Shown in pieces: positions 48,903 to 63,863 of a stretch of 64,000 nucleotides of DNA. This DNA comes from Octopus vulgaris (Eukaryota): the NCBI GenBank assembly GCA_951406725.2, contig OX597822.1, positions 10,664,001 through 10,728,000 of the forward strand, read 5' to 3'. Position 1 is the stretch's first letter. Every line of letters begins with the position of its first letter. A program made the position numbers and the translations under genes. Below the pieces are notes generated by a model, which ran no database searches, was not told where the DNA came from, and saw only the letters and a program-made list of their open reading frames with translations.

Positions 48903-50825
48903 GCATATATATATATATTTATGTTCATGTATGTATATATATATATATATATATATAATGGGTGGATGGATGGAAGGATATATACGTATACGTACATACG
49001 GGCATGTTCAAGCAAGCGTGTGGGTGAGAGAGACAGAGAGAGAGAGAGAGTGTGGTGAAGAGATGGGTATACAGAACAGATTGAAAAGGAAAGAAAAAAA
49101 AGAAATGACAAATATGAACAACAATACAGTTTATATGCCTATACAGATTATCTTTTGATTTTTATAGTGAATAAATCAACAAACAAGACCCTCTACCAAT
49201 ATGTACTTAGATGATTAAATCGGTGAGCACCGTTGCCATGCTATTGGATATACACTGGCACACAGACTGCGTTCACCAACCATCACACAAATGCAGAGGC
49301 ACACATACACACAAATACAGGCACACTCACACAGATATCTATATAAACACATATACATACATGCATTTATATGCATATTTGTAAAGACACACACAGATGC
49401 ACACAGACACAAAAGCAGTGTGAACAAGGAGGAGAAAAGACGATACTCAAAACAAAGGAAAAAGAAAGTTAAGTAAGAAAACGTTTATTTGGTGTTAAAA
49501 GTTCATAAATTATCGCCCTGAGTTTCTCGCTTCCGAAATTTGGGCGATTTTGATCATTGAACCAAGAAACAAAAGTTTTTTTAACGTAACATTCTGAAAG
49601 TTTAAGGCAGTGAGCTGACAGAAACGTTAGTATGCCGAGCAAAATGCTTGGTGGGATTTCGTCCGTCTTTATGTTCTGAGCTCAAATTCCGAGGTCAACT
49701 TTGCCTTTCATCCTCCGGGGTCGTAAGTACCAGTCAAGGACTGGGGTCGATGTAATCGATTTAATCCTCCCCCCAAATTGCCGGCCATGTACCAAATGTG
49801 CTTGGGAACTGAAACTGTTTGTTAGAGATTTTTCGTTATTGATCTCATTCGAAAATTTGCTTTTAAAATAAATCTCGATGGGGTTGAGGCTTGTTTAGCG
49901 ATAAAGAACGGCAGACACTGAAGGAAAATTTTAAAATTACTAGGAGTAGAGAATGCATGCGTTTAGGATCAAACAGATATTTGGAATTACTGAATTAAGT
50001 ATACAAGATATTAAGGTATAACAGCACAAACGCACATAAATATTAGTGAATGTGCATATTTGTGAGCGTGCATGTTTGTATGTGTGAGTGCCACGTGCGT
50101 GCGAGCGTGTCTACTGTCCAGAAAAGTTCATTCAAATAGGTGATATTTTGTTTGGTACCTCTAAAGTGAACACTATTTGTATAGTAGAATTAATCTACCA
50201 TGTTACCAGGTCCCATCTACGAAGAAGTCAAATACTTTTGTTTTAATTCCGAATACACAATCAGATTTGGCAATTCCCTATCAAAAATATAGTATGTATT
50301 TAGAAAAAAGTTAATACCGAAAGCAAATATATCGAAACAAGTGTGTCGACATCTGACGGGAGAAATAATAACTTTAGATAGATTTGAACCTTCATACAAT
50401 ATTATTAAAGAAGAGAAATATAGTTCAGAGCAGAAATTTCACATTTTATATTTTGATCAGTGAACCAAGGGACAAAAGTATTTTTAATATAACATACTGA
50501 AAGTTTGTGGCAGTGAGCTGACAGAAACGTTAGCATGTCGGGCGAAATTCTTAGAGGTATTTCGTCTGCCGTTACGTTCTGAGTTAAAAATTCCGCCGAG
50601 GTCGACTTTACCTTTCATCCTTTCGGGGTCGATAAATTAAGTACCAGTTACGCACTGGGATCGATGTTATCGACTTAATCCCTTTGTCTGTCCTTGTTTG
50701 TCCCCTCTATGTTTATCCCCGTTGTGGGCAATAAAGAAATAAGAAACGTTAGTACGGCGAGCAAAATGCTTAGTGGTATTTCGTCCATCTTTATGTTCTG
50801 AGTTCAAATTCTGCCGAGGTTGCCT

Positions 50826-50877
<52 letters not shown>

Positions 50878-51994
50878 CTTATATCGATGTTGACGTACTT
50901 AAAACTTCATAGGTTTTCATCATGTTGCTTCATTAGGCTAAGTGTTTCATAAAACGCCTTGATTTCATGCCATAGTTAAGAATGTTACCTGCGTAACGCT
51001 CGAAACATCGTGACGAACGGTGAAATATGAAAGTTTAAAAGACAGTTTTTAGAAATACAGTAGAGAATAATTTACTTTCACTCTCTCGATTTTACATTAA
51101 ACAGTACGTAGTTACTTCACCCCCATTTGAAAAACAATATAAAAAGAAAAAGGCATCTGCTTAATAGAAGGATAGAAATAATGTTGAATGAAAAGCAAAA
51201 AAATATGTTTACGTGTACTTGTGTAAGATTGTACACTCATACAAACATTTGCACGCAAACATATCCGTTTGAAAAGTAGATAATTCTTTGATAAATTCAT
51301 CAGAATAGATAAAAAAATTATTCATAACTTCATGAAAAATGGTTGCCGGTTTCAACAGTTAAGTCGTTATAATCATGAGTGAAATAAAATGAATTTAATT
51401 GAATCAATCTTTCATATTACCATTAACAAGCCACTGTCGATCACTTGATCTGTAAGAAAAAGCAGCTAAATCTTTGTATTTCATAAATTAAAGACATATA
51501 TTCCAAGACAGAATAATCTGGAATGTTCTTGTTTTTACGTTGGCCAGATGTAACGAACAAGAAGAGCTACAACAATAGTACCATCAGTTATACATTAGCC
51601 ATGGAGCATGACAGTGGTGCTAGTCATGAAGTTAGAGGAAATCTTGTAGATCCTACATTATATGAAGTGCCATGATATTCGGTCCAGATTTACTGATCAA
51701 CTTGTCTTATGCTATCAACAGCTTAAGGGTACGTTTGTGGGTGTTTTTGATGATTGGGTGTGTTTGGAGAACAGAAATAGACAAAAAAATGAATATAGAG
51801 AAATTTATGAAGGAAGATAGTTTTTCTACCAGCGTTACAGTTTTGTTGCAGATGTTCAAGGTAGAGATAAGGAGAGCATGGAGTATTTACTTCAGAGTTC
51901 GTAACTGAGGAATAGGTTAGAGAAAGGAATACATGTACGTATACATACATACATATATAGAAACATAAATACATACATAAATACACACACAACG

Positions 51995-52044
<50 letters not shown>

Positions 52045-52179
52045 CACCCATACATCTACATACATCTATGTCTGCAATTATATATATATGTAAATATATC
52101 TATCTACATCTATATCTATCTATATATGTATATATATAATGTGTATGTATATCAAGATGCATCAAAGAGATAGATAGAT

Positions 52180-52222
<43 letters not shown>

Positions 52223-53448
52223 CAAAGAATGAGGAATTTTTTAAAGAAGAGAAGTTGAAAATATGAGGAATATGTACCTCAGGGAGGAAGTGGATTGGGA
52301 ATGTTATCAACCTCGGAAGGATAAAAGACAAATTAAATCCTGGCGGGATTTGAACTAACTCGGTGCGCAAAGAAATGTAACAAAATCTTGCAAGGGATTT
52401 AGCATGGCCCTCTACAGTATGTCCCACTCCACTGCCACCATCAGTACCAAAAACAAATATTTTTATATACTGTTATATTACATATTTATCCTTTTTGTTA
52501 ATTATAGCTTTAGTTGTTCTTGCAATTTCTCTTGTACGCTGCACTGCCTTTTCCCGCGAGAGACTTTAAGCCCAGCAGCACTGCTACAATAATATGAATC
52601 CACTCTTCAATATCCTTGCCACTTACAGTGTTGAACTGCAGGTCTTGTTTATAGCTCATATTTTGCCCAGCAGGATAAGAATGTTACAAATGATTGTTAA
52701 TTTGCACTAATTTGGTCATTATTACATCGGCTTATAAACATGTTGCTTTACTGCGAAAGTATAAGGAAATTAAATGCTACATATTGTAAAACTTTCTAAA
52801 GTTGACGAAAAATAACCTGACTTAAAAGCATTTGTTCCAAATATCTCAAGGGAGAAATGACACTGAAAGCTTTGAAAAAAATAAAATTACATAATAATAT
52901 AATCATACACACACAAGCACACACACACGCATATGGATATTGACCAGTGCAATACATATTGGACATTATGTTTCTCTTCAGAAATATCCTTAAAGGATGT
53001 CTGAATGGTGTTCGTAAACTTCACCACGGTTTCGACTCTTGGGAAGTGTCTATGGGCTCTGATCACGAATGTTTGCCATTTTGATGGCATTATGATCTGC
53101 ATAGCTCAGCGCAATTCCACATCTAGCTTTCCCGATGGATTGACGTTGGTGTCGGCCGTGTAAAGAGACAGGAATCTCTTGAGCTTTAGTTCGAGAAGCA
53201 TGTTTCTCAATACATCTGACACCAATAACAATGGCTCGACGTTCAATATTCAGCAGAGACCACTACTTTAACTTACTGAACTTGCTATCGCAATAGTTCT
53301 TATTGGTAACATATTAGTTTGACCAATGCTCGTATACCTATGTACATAGAAGTAATCAAACATCTGTAAATTGCGCCCAAAACGACTGCATTTACGATAG
53401 TCAACTTTTCTGAGGCATAAATTAATCAGTCACACTGAATAATATTAG

Positions 53449-53660
53449 TGGAGGTGCGTGTTTTAGTTAGGGTGATGGAGTCATGATCGTATGATTGCTG
53501 TTTCGATTCTTGGACTAGCGGCGCGTTGTGCTCTTGAGCAAAACACTTCATTTCCCGTGGGTCCAGTTCACTCGCTTGGCAAAAATGAGTAATCCTGCGA
53601 CAGACTGGCGTCTCATCCAGGTGGGGAATTTATACGTCATGAAACCGGGAAACCGGCTTT
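53449..53660 (+). mobile_element. tRNA-derived SINE
   Basis: GGAGGTGCGTG...GTTAGGG...TTTCGATTCT head; homologous to 1080-1340. Confidence 0.65.
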
Positions 53661-56121
53661 TGTGAGCCAGGCACCTATTTTATCGAATTCTTTTTGCCGG
53701 ACCATTAAGTTATGGGGACATAAACACGCTAGCACCGGTCGACAAGCGGTAGTGGGTGAAAAAACACAGACACAAAGACACACACACATAGATATATACA
53801 TATATACGGCAAGCTTGTATATATGTGTGTACACTGTGGAATGTGAACTGTTAGTAAAATCTGGAAGAGATTTAATTATCCTTTCCTTCTAGAGAAACAA
53901 ATCTTGAAATTTGTGGGGAGGACTTAGTCTAATTTATCGACTTCAATATTTGACTTGTACTTATTTTAAAAATCCCGTTAGGATGAAAGGTGCAGCTGAC
54001 TTCAATGCAACTTGAACTGAGAACATAAAGCCAGAAGAAATGCTGCTAAGCACTTTGGCCGGTGTGCTAACGGTTCTGCCAATTCACCGTTCTTGTAAAA
54101 AATCACAAGATGAGTTATGAGTGCTGACCAACCGTGTAAACCGCTATACTATAGGGTTGATTCACATAAATGAAGACGGTGTGTTTTAGTGGTTAGGAGT
54201 ATTCGGCTCGCGTTGTGTCCTTGGACAAGACTTTATTTCACGTTGTTCAATCAACTGGCAAAATGAGTAGTACCTGTATTTCAAAGGACCTAACTTGTCA
54301 AACACTGTACCACGCCGAATCTCCCGAAGAACTACGTTAAGGGTACGCGTGTAATTGGAGTGCTCAGCCACTTACAGGTTAGTTTCACGAACAGGCTGTT
54401 CCGTTGATCGGATCAGCTGGAACCCTTGTCGTCGTCGTAACCGACGGAATGCCAGATACGCCTAATTTGTTTGTAATTCGCTGACATCAGCAAATATCTT
54501 TTACGCTGTTAACTTAAAACAGCTACTCTAAATTAGCATTTATTCAGTAATTCAATAACGAACCACAAAATCTAGACTGCCTATGGTTACAACCAAATGA
54601 ATGAACGTCTACGTGGTCGCTCGAAATAGCAGTCAAAGATGAAATGCCAGCTCCACCTCGACGGGATTTCATTCAGATATACACTAAATACCGCAAGGCG
54701 TTTTCTCCACCGATTCTAAAATGTTATTAATATTTAATACATACATTACCAAAACGCGATTATATTGCTTAATTAGACAATCCGCTTACATTTGAAAGTA
54801 CAACTTCACCACCTTACATTAAAATAATAACGTTTTAGATGTACTTTTATACAAAAAGGAATACATATATCAATCGTTTATATATATATCCCACGATTCA
54901 AATCATTGAGAAATAGCACAAAATTAATTTAACATTCTGATACAATATTGTGAAATGAAGCCATCCAAATTCCTCACAGTGACCTTGTCCCACAGTTAAA
55001 CAGAGAACAATCTTAAAATACCTTTCACATTTTGTACACAGAGTATTTTCCGAGTGGGATGGATTAGTTTCGTCATTTGGCAGGCTTAACTGTTTCCCGT
55101 CAATGGAACACTTTGGCGTTATTTAAAGGTCATCAGTAATGTCTCCAGAAATTGCAATTTGAGATTGCTTGTTGCTAAACGCTGAAACCAGAAATGGGAT
55201 ATTTTGTCGAATCGATAGATATTTCGGTTTTTACTGTGCTTCATAAATGCGGTACGTAACTTACTATGTCAAACCAATTTACCATTTCAATTTTGTGCTA
55301 ATTAAAACTTAGCTCTTTATAAACGGCAATTTCCAATTGTTGTCCCGCGTAATTACTTCATAATAGTCATCACTAAATGTATCAGTAGGGGTCTAAATTG
55401 AACATTTCCTTGACTGAAGAAAATAATAAAGTTAATTAAAGAGATAGTTCTTATATATTTCACGCTTGAATTATCCATTTTATTTTCAAGAAACATTGAT
55501 GATTAATTTCAGTAAAATATCAACTCATTCGGCGTCTCGAAGTCTGTTTATAAAAATGTTCTCACATTGATAGTTATATTCTATATTTGTACAGACATGA
55601 TTGGGTAATAAGGAACTTGATTTTCAATGGGGTGTCCATTGGCTAAGCCTCACTGCGCAGTGCCTAAGGCAAGATTAATCTATTATTACCCGGGGCCGAC
55701 CAAAGATTTGGTAATGGATTTGATGGAGGGAAACTGAAAGAAGCCCACTATTTATATATATATGTGTAATATGCCTGTGTGTCTTTGTGTTTGCATTTGA
55801 CGCCGACCTCCGTTCGACAACTGGTGTTGGTTTAGGTACAAATTTTGCATTTGTACCAATTGTAGAAAGAATATTAATTTGTAAAATTAATTTAACATTG
55901 GATATCAAAATATTATCTGCTACTTGGTCAATAATAATCTTTTCTACTCTAGATACAAGGTCTGAAATTTTGGGAGAGGGGGCCAGTCGATTTGCCGACA
56001 TCTTTTTGCTGCCGACAAAAAAGACTGCGCATGAGCAGTGGATTTGAAAAAAAATAAAAATGTATAAGCAATGAGACACATGCTGAATTGGCCTCGTAGT
56101 TTACTAATTTAATGTTTGGCG

Positions 56122-56193
56122 TCCATGCTGATGAAGACTTCGCCTGGTAAACTATTTTATTTACTAAAATAAGTCAGAAACCATGGTCCAGGA
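56122..56193 (+). ncRNA. Hammerhead-like motif in a probable PLE 3' tail ending at (TA)n ~56330
   Basis: CTGATGA-A-GACTT...AAGTC-A-GAAA-CCATGG-TC has a canonical core, palindromic ACCATGGT stem III and a GUC triplet. Stem I is imperfect (TCCATG/CAGGA). Confidence 0.55.
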
Positions 56194-56430
56194 AAGAGAT
56201 GGTAAATGTTTTTCTATTTCATTCCCTTCGAGAATTTATTCCTAATTAATGGTTTGGACTTTAGCTGTTCTCTCTAGCGTAAAGGTTTCCTATGATGGAA
56301 ACCTCTTAATGTGTTTAAATGTACAATATTATATATATATATATATATACACACACATATATATATATATATATACACATATATATATACATATATATAT
56401 AATTATATGCATATATATATATATATATAT

Positions 56431-56501
<71 letters not shown>

Positions 56502-56646
56502 CACACACACACATCTACATGTGCCCCAACATGACCGCAGCCTCAAGGCTGAAACATATAAAAGAATAAAAGAATATATATATATATATATATATATTGT
56601 TAATTCCCTTTCCTCACCTTTTACTTTATCTTAAGTCTCCTTTCAG

Positions 56647-56682
<36 letters not shown>

Positions 56683-56971
56683 CTCTCTTTCTCTCTCTCT
56701 CTCTCTCATTCTCTCTTTCTCTTTAGAACTTTATTCATGGCTTCCGTTCTTTCAATCATTTCCTTCTCTCTTCGTTCATTTTGCGCCGTGGCCAATAATT
56801 GAAGTTACTGTTCGGTTCGGAATTGTTGTAACGTTTTTCTTCCTTTGTTGATAAAGTTATTGTCTGAGCACAATATCATTTTTCTTCTCACGTTATCACA
56901 CGCTCTCACTCCCAATTTGGATAACACACTCCCTTCTTAGCTCTCATTTTTTTCTCAGTTCATATTTACAT

Positions 56972-57010
<39 letters not shown>

Positions 57011-57538
57011 GACACACTTTTCACCACCATCACAAACCTCGCCCTCTCTCTTACTCTCTCCAATTCCCTAACCACCTTCTCTCTATTTGCCATATAAGAC
57101 TGCTCCAGCATGACTGCCGTCAGTTTGTTCCTCTGTTTACACAACGTGATTTAATCGTTATTCTGTGTTAATAACGATTCAACCACCCCAGCACGCTATA
57201 ACATCTACAATACCAACTCTACCAGATACAAGTAATATATATGTATTCTACAAACGCGCCGCGCACACACATACTCATATACTCTTTTACTCTTTTTCTT
57301 GTTTCAGTCATTTGACTGTGGCCATGCTGGAGCCCCGCCTTTAGTCGAGCACATCGACCCCAGGACTTACTCTTTGTAAGCCTAGTACTTATTCTATCGG
57401 TTTTTTTGCCGAACCACTAAGTAACGGGGACGTAAACACACCACCATCGCTTGTCAAACGATGTTGGGGGGACAAACACAAACTCATAAACACACACAGA
57501 CACATACATATATATATATATTTATATTTATATATATA

Positions 57539-57576
<38 letters not shown>

Positions 57577-58209
57577 TAAGAATGAATGTTTTTATATATA
57601 ATGAACGTGAAATACAGGAAGGGACGAACACGGAACACAGACAAATCATTCGAAGCCTTCAATCTTCAGTCAGACACCGAATCATCATAGCAAATTTCGG
57701 CTGTTCAATTCTGATATTTGCTCCAACTCGGCCAGCCCCAAGAAAAAAAACTAAGCTGTAAGCATTAGATTTCTTGGTAGAAGACAGGAATGTGAACGCA
57801 CAAGACGGATGTGAATACAAGAGACGAAAACGAAATTGAAAACAGTAATGAATAAACAAAATATATATAACGGTGGTTGTCATACGACTTTAGACCAAAT
57901 GAGACAAAAACACAACAACAACATAGCTGGCGTAGAAATAATTACCGTTTCGGTAGCGGGGACACATGTTGGTCGAGATACGAAGGCCAACAGAATGGTT
58001 TAAGAAGCAGCAGGTCGCAGGAGAGAGAGAAAGAGAGACAGAGAGAGAGGGAATCAAAGAGGGTGGAAGGCAGGGGACAGAATCAGTGACCAAGAGAAAA
58101 GGAGAAAGAAGGGATTAAGGAGGATGGGAGGAAGAGGGGAGGAGGATGGGAGGAAGAGAGGGGAAGAATCGGAGGGCGCCAAAAAGTTTGGTGAAGAAGC
58201 AATGGCGGG

Positions 58210-58308
<99 letters not shown>

Positions 58309-59082
58309 GAGAGAGAGAGAGAGAGAGTGAAGGGGAAAATAAGAGAAGTAGTCGTAAGAGTGTTCCTTCAGCAAATGGTTCATTGGTCTGTCCTCTCTTC
58401 TTTGATCTGTCATTCCTCATTGCAAGAGAAAAGTCATATTGTGTTCAAAATTTCACTCTCTGACTTAGTGCCAGGATCATCACGGGAAAAGGCCTCCTAC
58501 GCAGACCTTAGCGGCTGTGGAACAACGATACCTGATAACAGTAGTAAATTATCTCAGTTCTCAAATCCTGGTTTTCCAACTTTGGTAGGGAATCAGATTG
58601 TTCCCACCAGACTGTTTCCATCACTTGTTTGGAACGCAGTTCTCACTTTTCCTATGAAAACAAGATGTTTGAAGCAAAGCTGCTGTAGCTATGATCATTA
58701 AAGTCACCCATCTTAATTCATGCACTCTTGTTTTTTCTTCTGTTAGTGTGTATGTGTGTGTGTGTGTGTGTGTTGGTTCTTTGGTTTTCTTTTGTCAATC
58801 TCACTGTCATTGGCCATGAAGAATCGGCAAGACGTCAGAAGCTATCGTTCTGTATAACTCCTTAGTTGAGAACTTATTGGTTGACGTTGGATGTCATACG
58901 GTTATTTCTTGGCCGCTGTATCCAAGGCTGAGGGCGCACCTTTGGAACCAGCGCTGTTATGCCAGTTGAGATTAATGGTGGAAAATATCCCGAAACCTCG
59001 GGTGGTTCAACTCAATATGACTGGGAATCCTCACTTGTTAGTAGACGCCATAACAAAATTGTCCTTAACTTTCAGAATTCGG

Positions 59083-59344
59083 AATACGAAAAATTTTACT
59101 GGGCATTAATATTTCTAGGAGGACTTGAACGAGTAAAGGATATAATCACACGTATACGTCATTTGGAACGCCGACGCTGTTGAATAGTTGATAAGAGAAA
59201 CATAAGCTCAGAATGACCACGTGTGTGTGTGTGTGTATGTGTGTGTGTGTATGTGTGTGTGTGTGTGTGTGTGCGTGCGTGTGCATATATATATATATAC
59301 AACTGTGTTTGTATTTATATATATGAATGTATGTATATGTATTA

Positions 59345-59401
<57 letters not shown>

Positions 59402-59927
59402 ATGTGTGTGTATATGTGTATATATGTGTGTATATTTATATATATATATATACATATATACATACATATATATATACATATATATATATATGTATTGTTA
59501 TATATATATATATATATATATACATACATATATATATATATATGTATATATATATGTATATATATGTATATATATATATAAATATACACACATATACAAT
59601 ACATATACACACACATACACACACACACATACACACACACACACATATATATATATAGTTATATATATATATATATATATATATAGATAATACATATACA
59701 TACATTCATATATATAAATACAAACACAGTTGTATATATATATATATATGCACACGCACGCGCGCGCACACACACATATACACACACACACGTGGTCATT
59801 CTGAGCTATGTTTCTCTTATCAACTATTCAACAGCGTCGGCGTTCCAATGACGTATACGTGTGATTATATCCTTTACTCGTTCAAGTCCTCCTAGAAATA
59901 TTAATGCCCAGTAAAATTTTTCGTATT
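59083..59927. repeat. ~845-bp fold-back palindrome centred on TA/CA microsatellites
   Basis: 59083-59220 is the reverse complement of 59791-59927, and the internal microsatellite blocks are mirrored as well. Confidence 0.9.
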
Positions 59928-59941
59928 ATGTTGGCCTTTTG

Positions 59942-60123
59942 TGCTCCATCTGAATATTATTTATTTGGCAGTCTTCAAAATCATTTGGACAGAAAAAATA
60001 TGAATTCTGTAGACGAAGTCAGAACAGTACTGGAGTAGTATTTTTCGTCACGGACAAGTGAATTTTGGAAAGATTTTAAAATAACTTTGTTTATCTTAAT
60101 TTTGAACAATAAAAGTATAAAAA

Positions 60124-60192
<69 letters not shown>

Positions 60193-60408
60193 GTATATAT
60201 ATTGTGTCAGTCCATAAATAATGCGTTTTTTATACTTTTATTGTTCGAAATTAAGATAAACAAAGTTATTTTAAAATCTTTACAAAATTCACTTGTCCGT
60301 GATGAAAAATACTACTCCAGTACTGTTCTGACCTCGTCTACATATTTCATATTTTTTCTGTCCAAATGATTTTGAAGACTGCGAAATAAATAATATTCAG
60401 ATGGAGCA
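59942..60408. repeat. Second inverted repeat, ~187-bp arms around (TA)n
   Basis: 59942-60128 versus the reverse complement of 60221-60408, with scattered substitutions. Confidence 0.9.
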
Positions 60409-60540
60409 ATGTCCGGTGAATATGGCGGGTGGAGCATCGTTCACATTCAAGCTGCTCTAGGCTTTGAAATGTCCTCCACGCTGTATGTGGTCGAGAATTA
60501 TTCTGATGGAAGAAAACTTTTATCTTGAAATCATTTCAAT
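60215..60540 (-). mobile_element. mariner transposase C-terminal relic
   Basis: FHQNNSRPHT...LHPPYSPDIAPSEYYLFRSLQNHL, containing the YSPDLAPSD-type motif. Confidence 0.8.
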
Positions 60541-60569
60541 CATCTACTCTTTCTCTCTCCCTCTCTTTG

Positions 60570-60897
60570 CATATGTCAAGAATAATCAGCCGAAATTGCG
60601 AGGATAATCTGGTGCTTGACTGAGGAAAGTATACTTCGAATGACCTTGTTTTCTTTATATCCTCTATCTGAATGTTTTGTTGTCCCTTTTTTTTATCATA
60701 GATCGTTAGCTCCTACACGCATTTTTTTCTCTCCTTGTTTCTCTCCTTGTTTTTTTCTGTGTATCTTTCTGTCGAAGAGCGTAGGCTCGAAACGTAAAAG
60801 ACTTTTTCTATTTCTATTCCTGAGCGCTATACTAATACATTTGTTTGTTTGTACTCCATCTGCCTTCTCCTTTTGTTTATTTTCGTAAACTTTCCCG

Positions 60898-60900
<3 letters not shown>
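60570..60900 (+). mobile_element. PLE-like 3' tail with hammerhead-like motif (60764-60801)
   Basis: TCTTT-CTGTCGA-A-GAGC-GTAG-GCTC-GAAA-CG-TA-AAAGA, ending in (TA)n. Confidence 0.6.
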
Positions 60901-60933
<33 letters not shown>

Positions 60934-60948
60934 CGGCGTACATACAAT

Positions 60949-61001
<53 letters not shown>

Positions 61002-61023
61002 TCTCACTCACTCTCTCTCTCTC

Positions 61024-61085
<62 letters not shown>

Positions 61086-61521
61086 TAAACCATGAATAAT
61101 GCGGTATTTTCAATTGCATGAGCTAAAAGTCGGAGGGGGCGGGATAAACTACCTGTATCAAATTGTATAAAAGCAGGTAGTAACCTTATAAGTGACACAC
61201 ACACACACACACACACACACAAATGCATACTTTCTACTTCTCTGTCTTTCTCACACTTTCTCTTGTCTACTCGGATATTTCCCACCTCACCCGTAATGTT
61301 AGCTACATCCACTACCCTTTAAACATACCCACATACTTAAAAACCGTCCATACTTAAACCTACGCAACAACATGAGACAATATGACGATACAACGGAAGC
61401 GTGCCAGTCACGTGACATGCAGCATGTGACTCCACCCATGGCGTTTCCCTTTATATTCCCATTGTTACCTATGTTTCTCTTTCTTACGCTTGCCGCTGCC
61501 TCTCATATTGTAGCTGCTGCT

Positions 61522-62006
61522 CCTCTTCTTCTTCTTCTTCTTCTTCTTCTTCTTCTTCTTCTTCTTCTTCTTCTACTTTTTCTTCTTCTTCTTCTTCTTC
61601 TTCTTCTTCTTCTTCTTCTTCTTCTTTTTCTTCTTCTTCTTCTTCTTCTACTTTTTCTTCTTCTTCTTCTACTTTTTCTTCTTCTTCTTCTTCTTCTTCT
61701 TCTTCTACTACTTTTTCTTCTTCTTCTTCTTCTTCTTCTTCTCCTCCTTCTTCTTCTTCTTCATCCTCTCCTCCTCCTCCTCATCTTCCTTCTCCTTCTC
61801 CTTCCTCTCCTCCTCCTCCTCCTTCCTCTCCTCCTCCTCCTCCTTCCTCTCCTCCTCCTCCTCCTTCCTCCTCCTCCTCCTTCCTTTCCTCCTCCTTCCT
61901 TTCCTCCTCCTCCTCCTTCCTCTCCTCCTCCTCCTCCTTCCTCTCCTCCTCCTTCTTCTTCTTCTTATTTTTCTTCTTCTTCTTCTTATTATTATTATTA
62001 TTATTA
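61522..62006 (+). repeat. Long polypyrimidine (CTT)n/(CCT)n tract ending in (ATT)n
   Basis: Directly visible. Confidence 0.95.
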
Positions 62007-63280
62007 GTGCCCTTTCTCTCCTCGTTCCTTTATTAACTTCGTAAGGTCTTTTTCTTTCCTTTCCTTCGTCCTCAACTCACAGATGATACAAAGGCCAACA
62101 AAATTAAAATATAAGATAAAAAACAAACAACAAATAAAAGAACAAGCAACATACAATACAAAACTATGACAACAACAACAACAACAACACGCCTAAAGCA
62201 ACGAATGCAAACAGTGCGGCGACGACAACGATAACAACAACAACAACAACAACGACAGTGACAAGCGGGATGAGACATAATACTTGTAACAACAACAACA
62301 GCACAGCTCATCATTATCAACTTACAGCGTCGAATCTCTCAGCTCAATAAAATCCATCTTCAATTAAAAACCAACCGCCCAACCACCCAGCCACCCAGCC
62401 AGGTCCATCTCCACCGCCAGCCCCCTCTTCTCAGCTCCCAACTTTCATCATCAGCTGAATCGTCACTGTGTATATATAGTGTACATAGTCTTTTTAGGAT
62501 ATAGTATGAGGCGGCGAGCTGGCAGAATCGTTAGCACGCCGGGCGAAATGCATAGCCGTATTTCGTCTGCCGTTACGTTCTGAGTTCAAATTCCGCCGAG
62601 GTCGACTTTGCCTTTGACCCTCTCGGGGACCATAAATAAAGTACCAGTTTCGCACTGGGTCGATGTAATCGACTTAATCCCTTTGTCTGCCCTAGTTTAT
62701 CCCCTCTATGTTTAGCCCCTTGAGGGCAGTAAAGAAATATATAGTGTAGTTGTTTTGGGGTTTTTTTGCGAAGTGGGGTGTATAGGGTCGTTGACGTTGT
62801 TGTTTAGTAACCCTTCAGTGCCAGTCTCTTCTTCTTTCACTCGCTTCTGTCATTGTACTTCGACCATACTGGGGCACCGCCTTGAAAAGAGTTTAGCCGA
62901 ACAAATTGACCCCAGAAGTTATTTTTTAAAGTTTGGTACTTGTTTTATCGGTCCCTTATTGCCAAACCACTAGCTTACGGGGTCGTAAACAACATCGGTT
63001 GTCAAGCGATGGTGTGGACAAATACAACACAAAGATAGACGCGCGTCGTCGATACATACCGCTGCTTTTCAATGGTCAGACGATTAGGGTTCGTAAATTA
63101 GTATTTCCAAATCTTTGAATCTATTAGACCAGTTGTGAATATATACAAATCGGGTGCTTATATCTGTGGGAATTCGATTAACAATAAGGGTCGAAAATCG
63201 ATTAAGGGTGTTCCTTTTTTTTTTTTCTATCTACGGAGAAATCTGCCATCGTTGTATTTCTACTTCGTAGTTTTACACTT

Positions 63281-63325
<45 letters not shown>

Positions 63326-63403
63326 CACACACATACAAACACACGCCCGCACATGGCCGCAGTCTAATGACTGAAATGACAAAAAATTAGAAGGATATAT
63401 ATG

Positions 63404-63450
<47 letters not shown>

Positions 63451-63782
63451 GTATATATGTATATATATATGCATGTATATGTATATATGTATGTAAATAT
63501 GTATATATGTGTGTATATATATAAAGTAAATCCAAACATGAAAGCACAACAACGCGAGGACGTGGAATATGTTTAGTGTTATTGGAACACCCTTATGAAG
63601 AACACCGTTAAATTGATTTTCGACCCTTGTATATGTATATGTATATATATATATTATATTTATATTATATTGAGGGTACTACTATTCGTAGATACCAACA
63701 CGCTAAGAGGGACCAATGCCGTCAAAACTACTAAAAATAAACAAAATTTTACCGAATGCAAAACTTCAAAACACATCATTTT

Positions 63783-63863
<81 letters not shown>

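Noticed and set aside
58340-58660. Possible host exon on the minus strand after a TTGTTTTCATAG acceptor-like site
   Set aside because: The frames I checked close quickly and give no recognisable protein; not supportable without transcript data.
61408-61417. GTCACGTGAC E-box palindrome in unique sequence
   Set aside because: A single short motif with no associated gene or start-site evidence.
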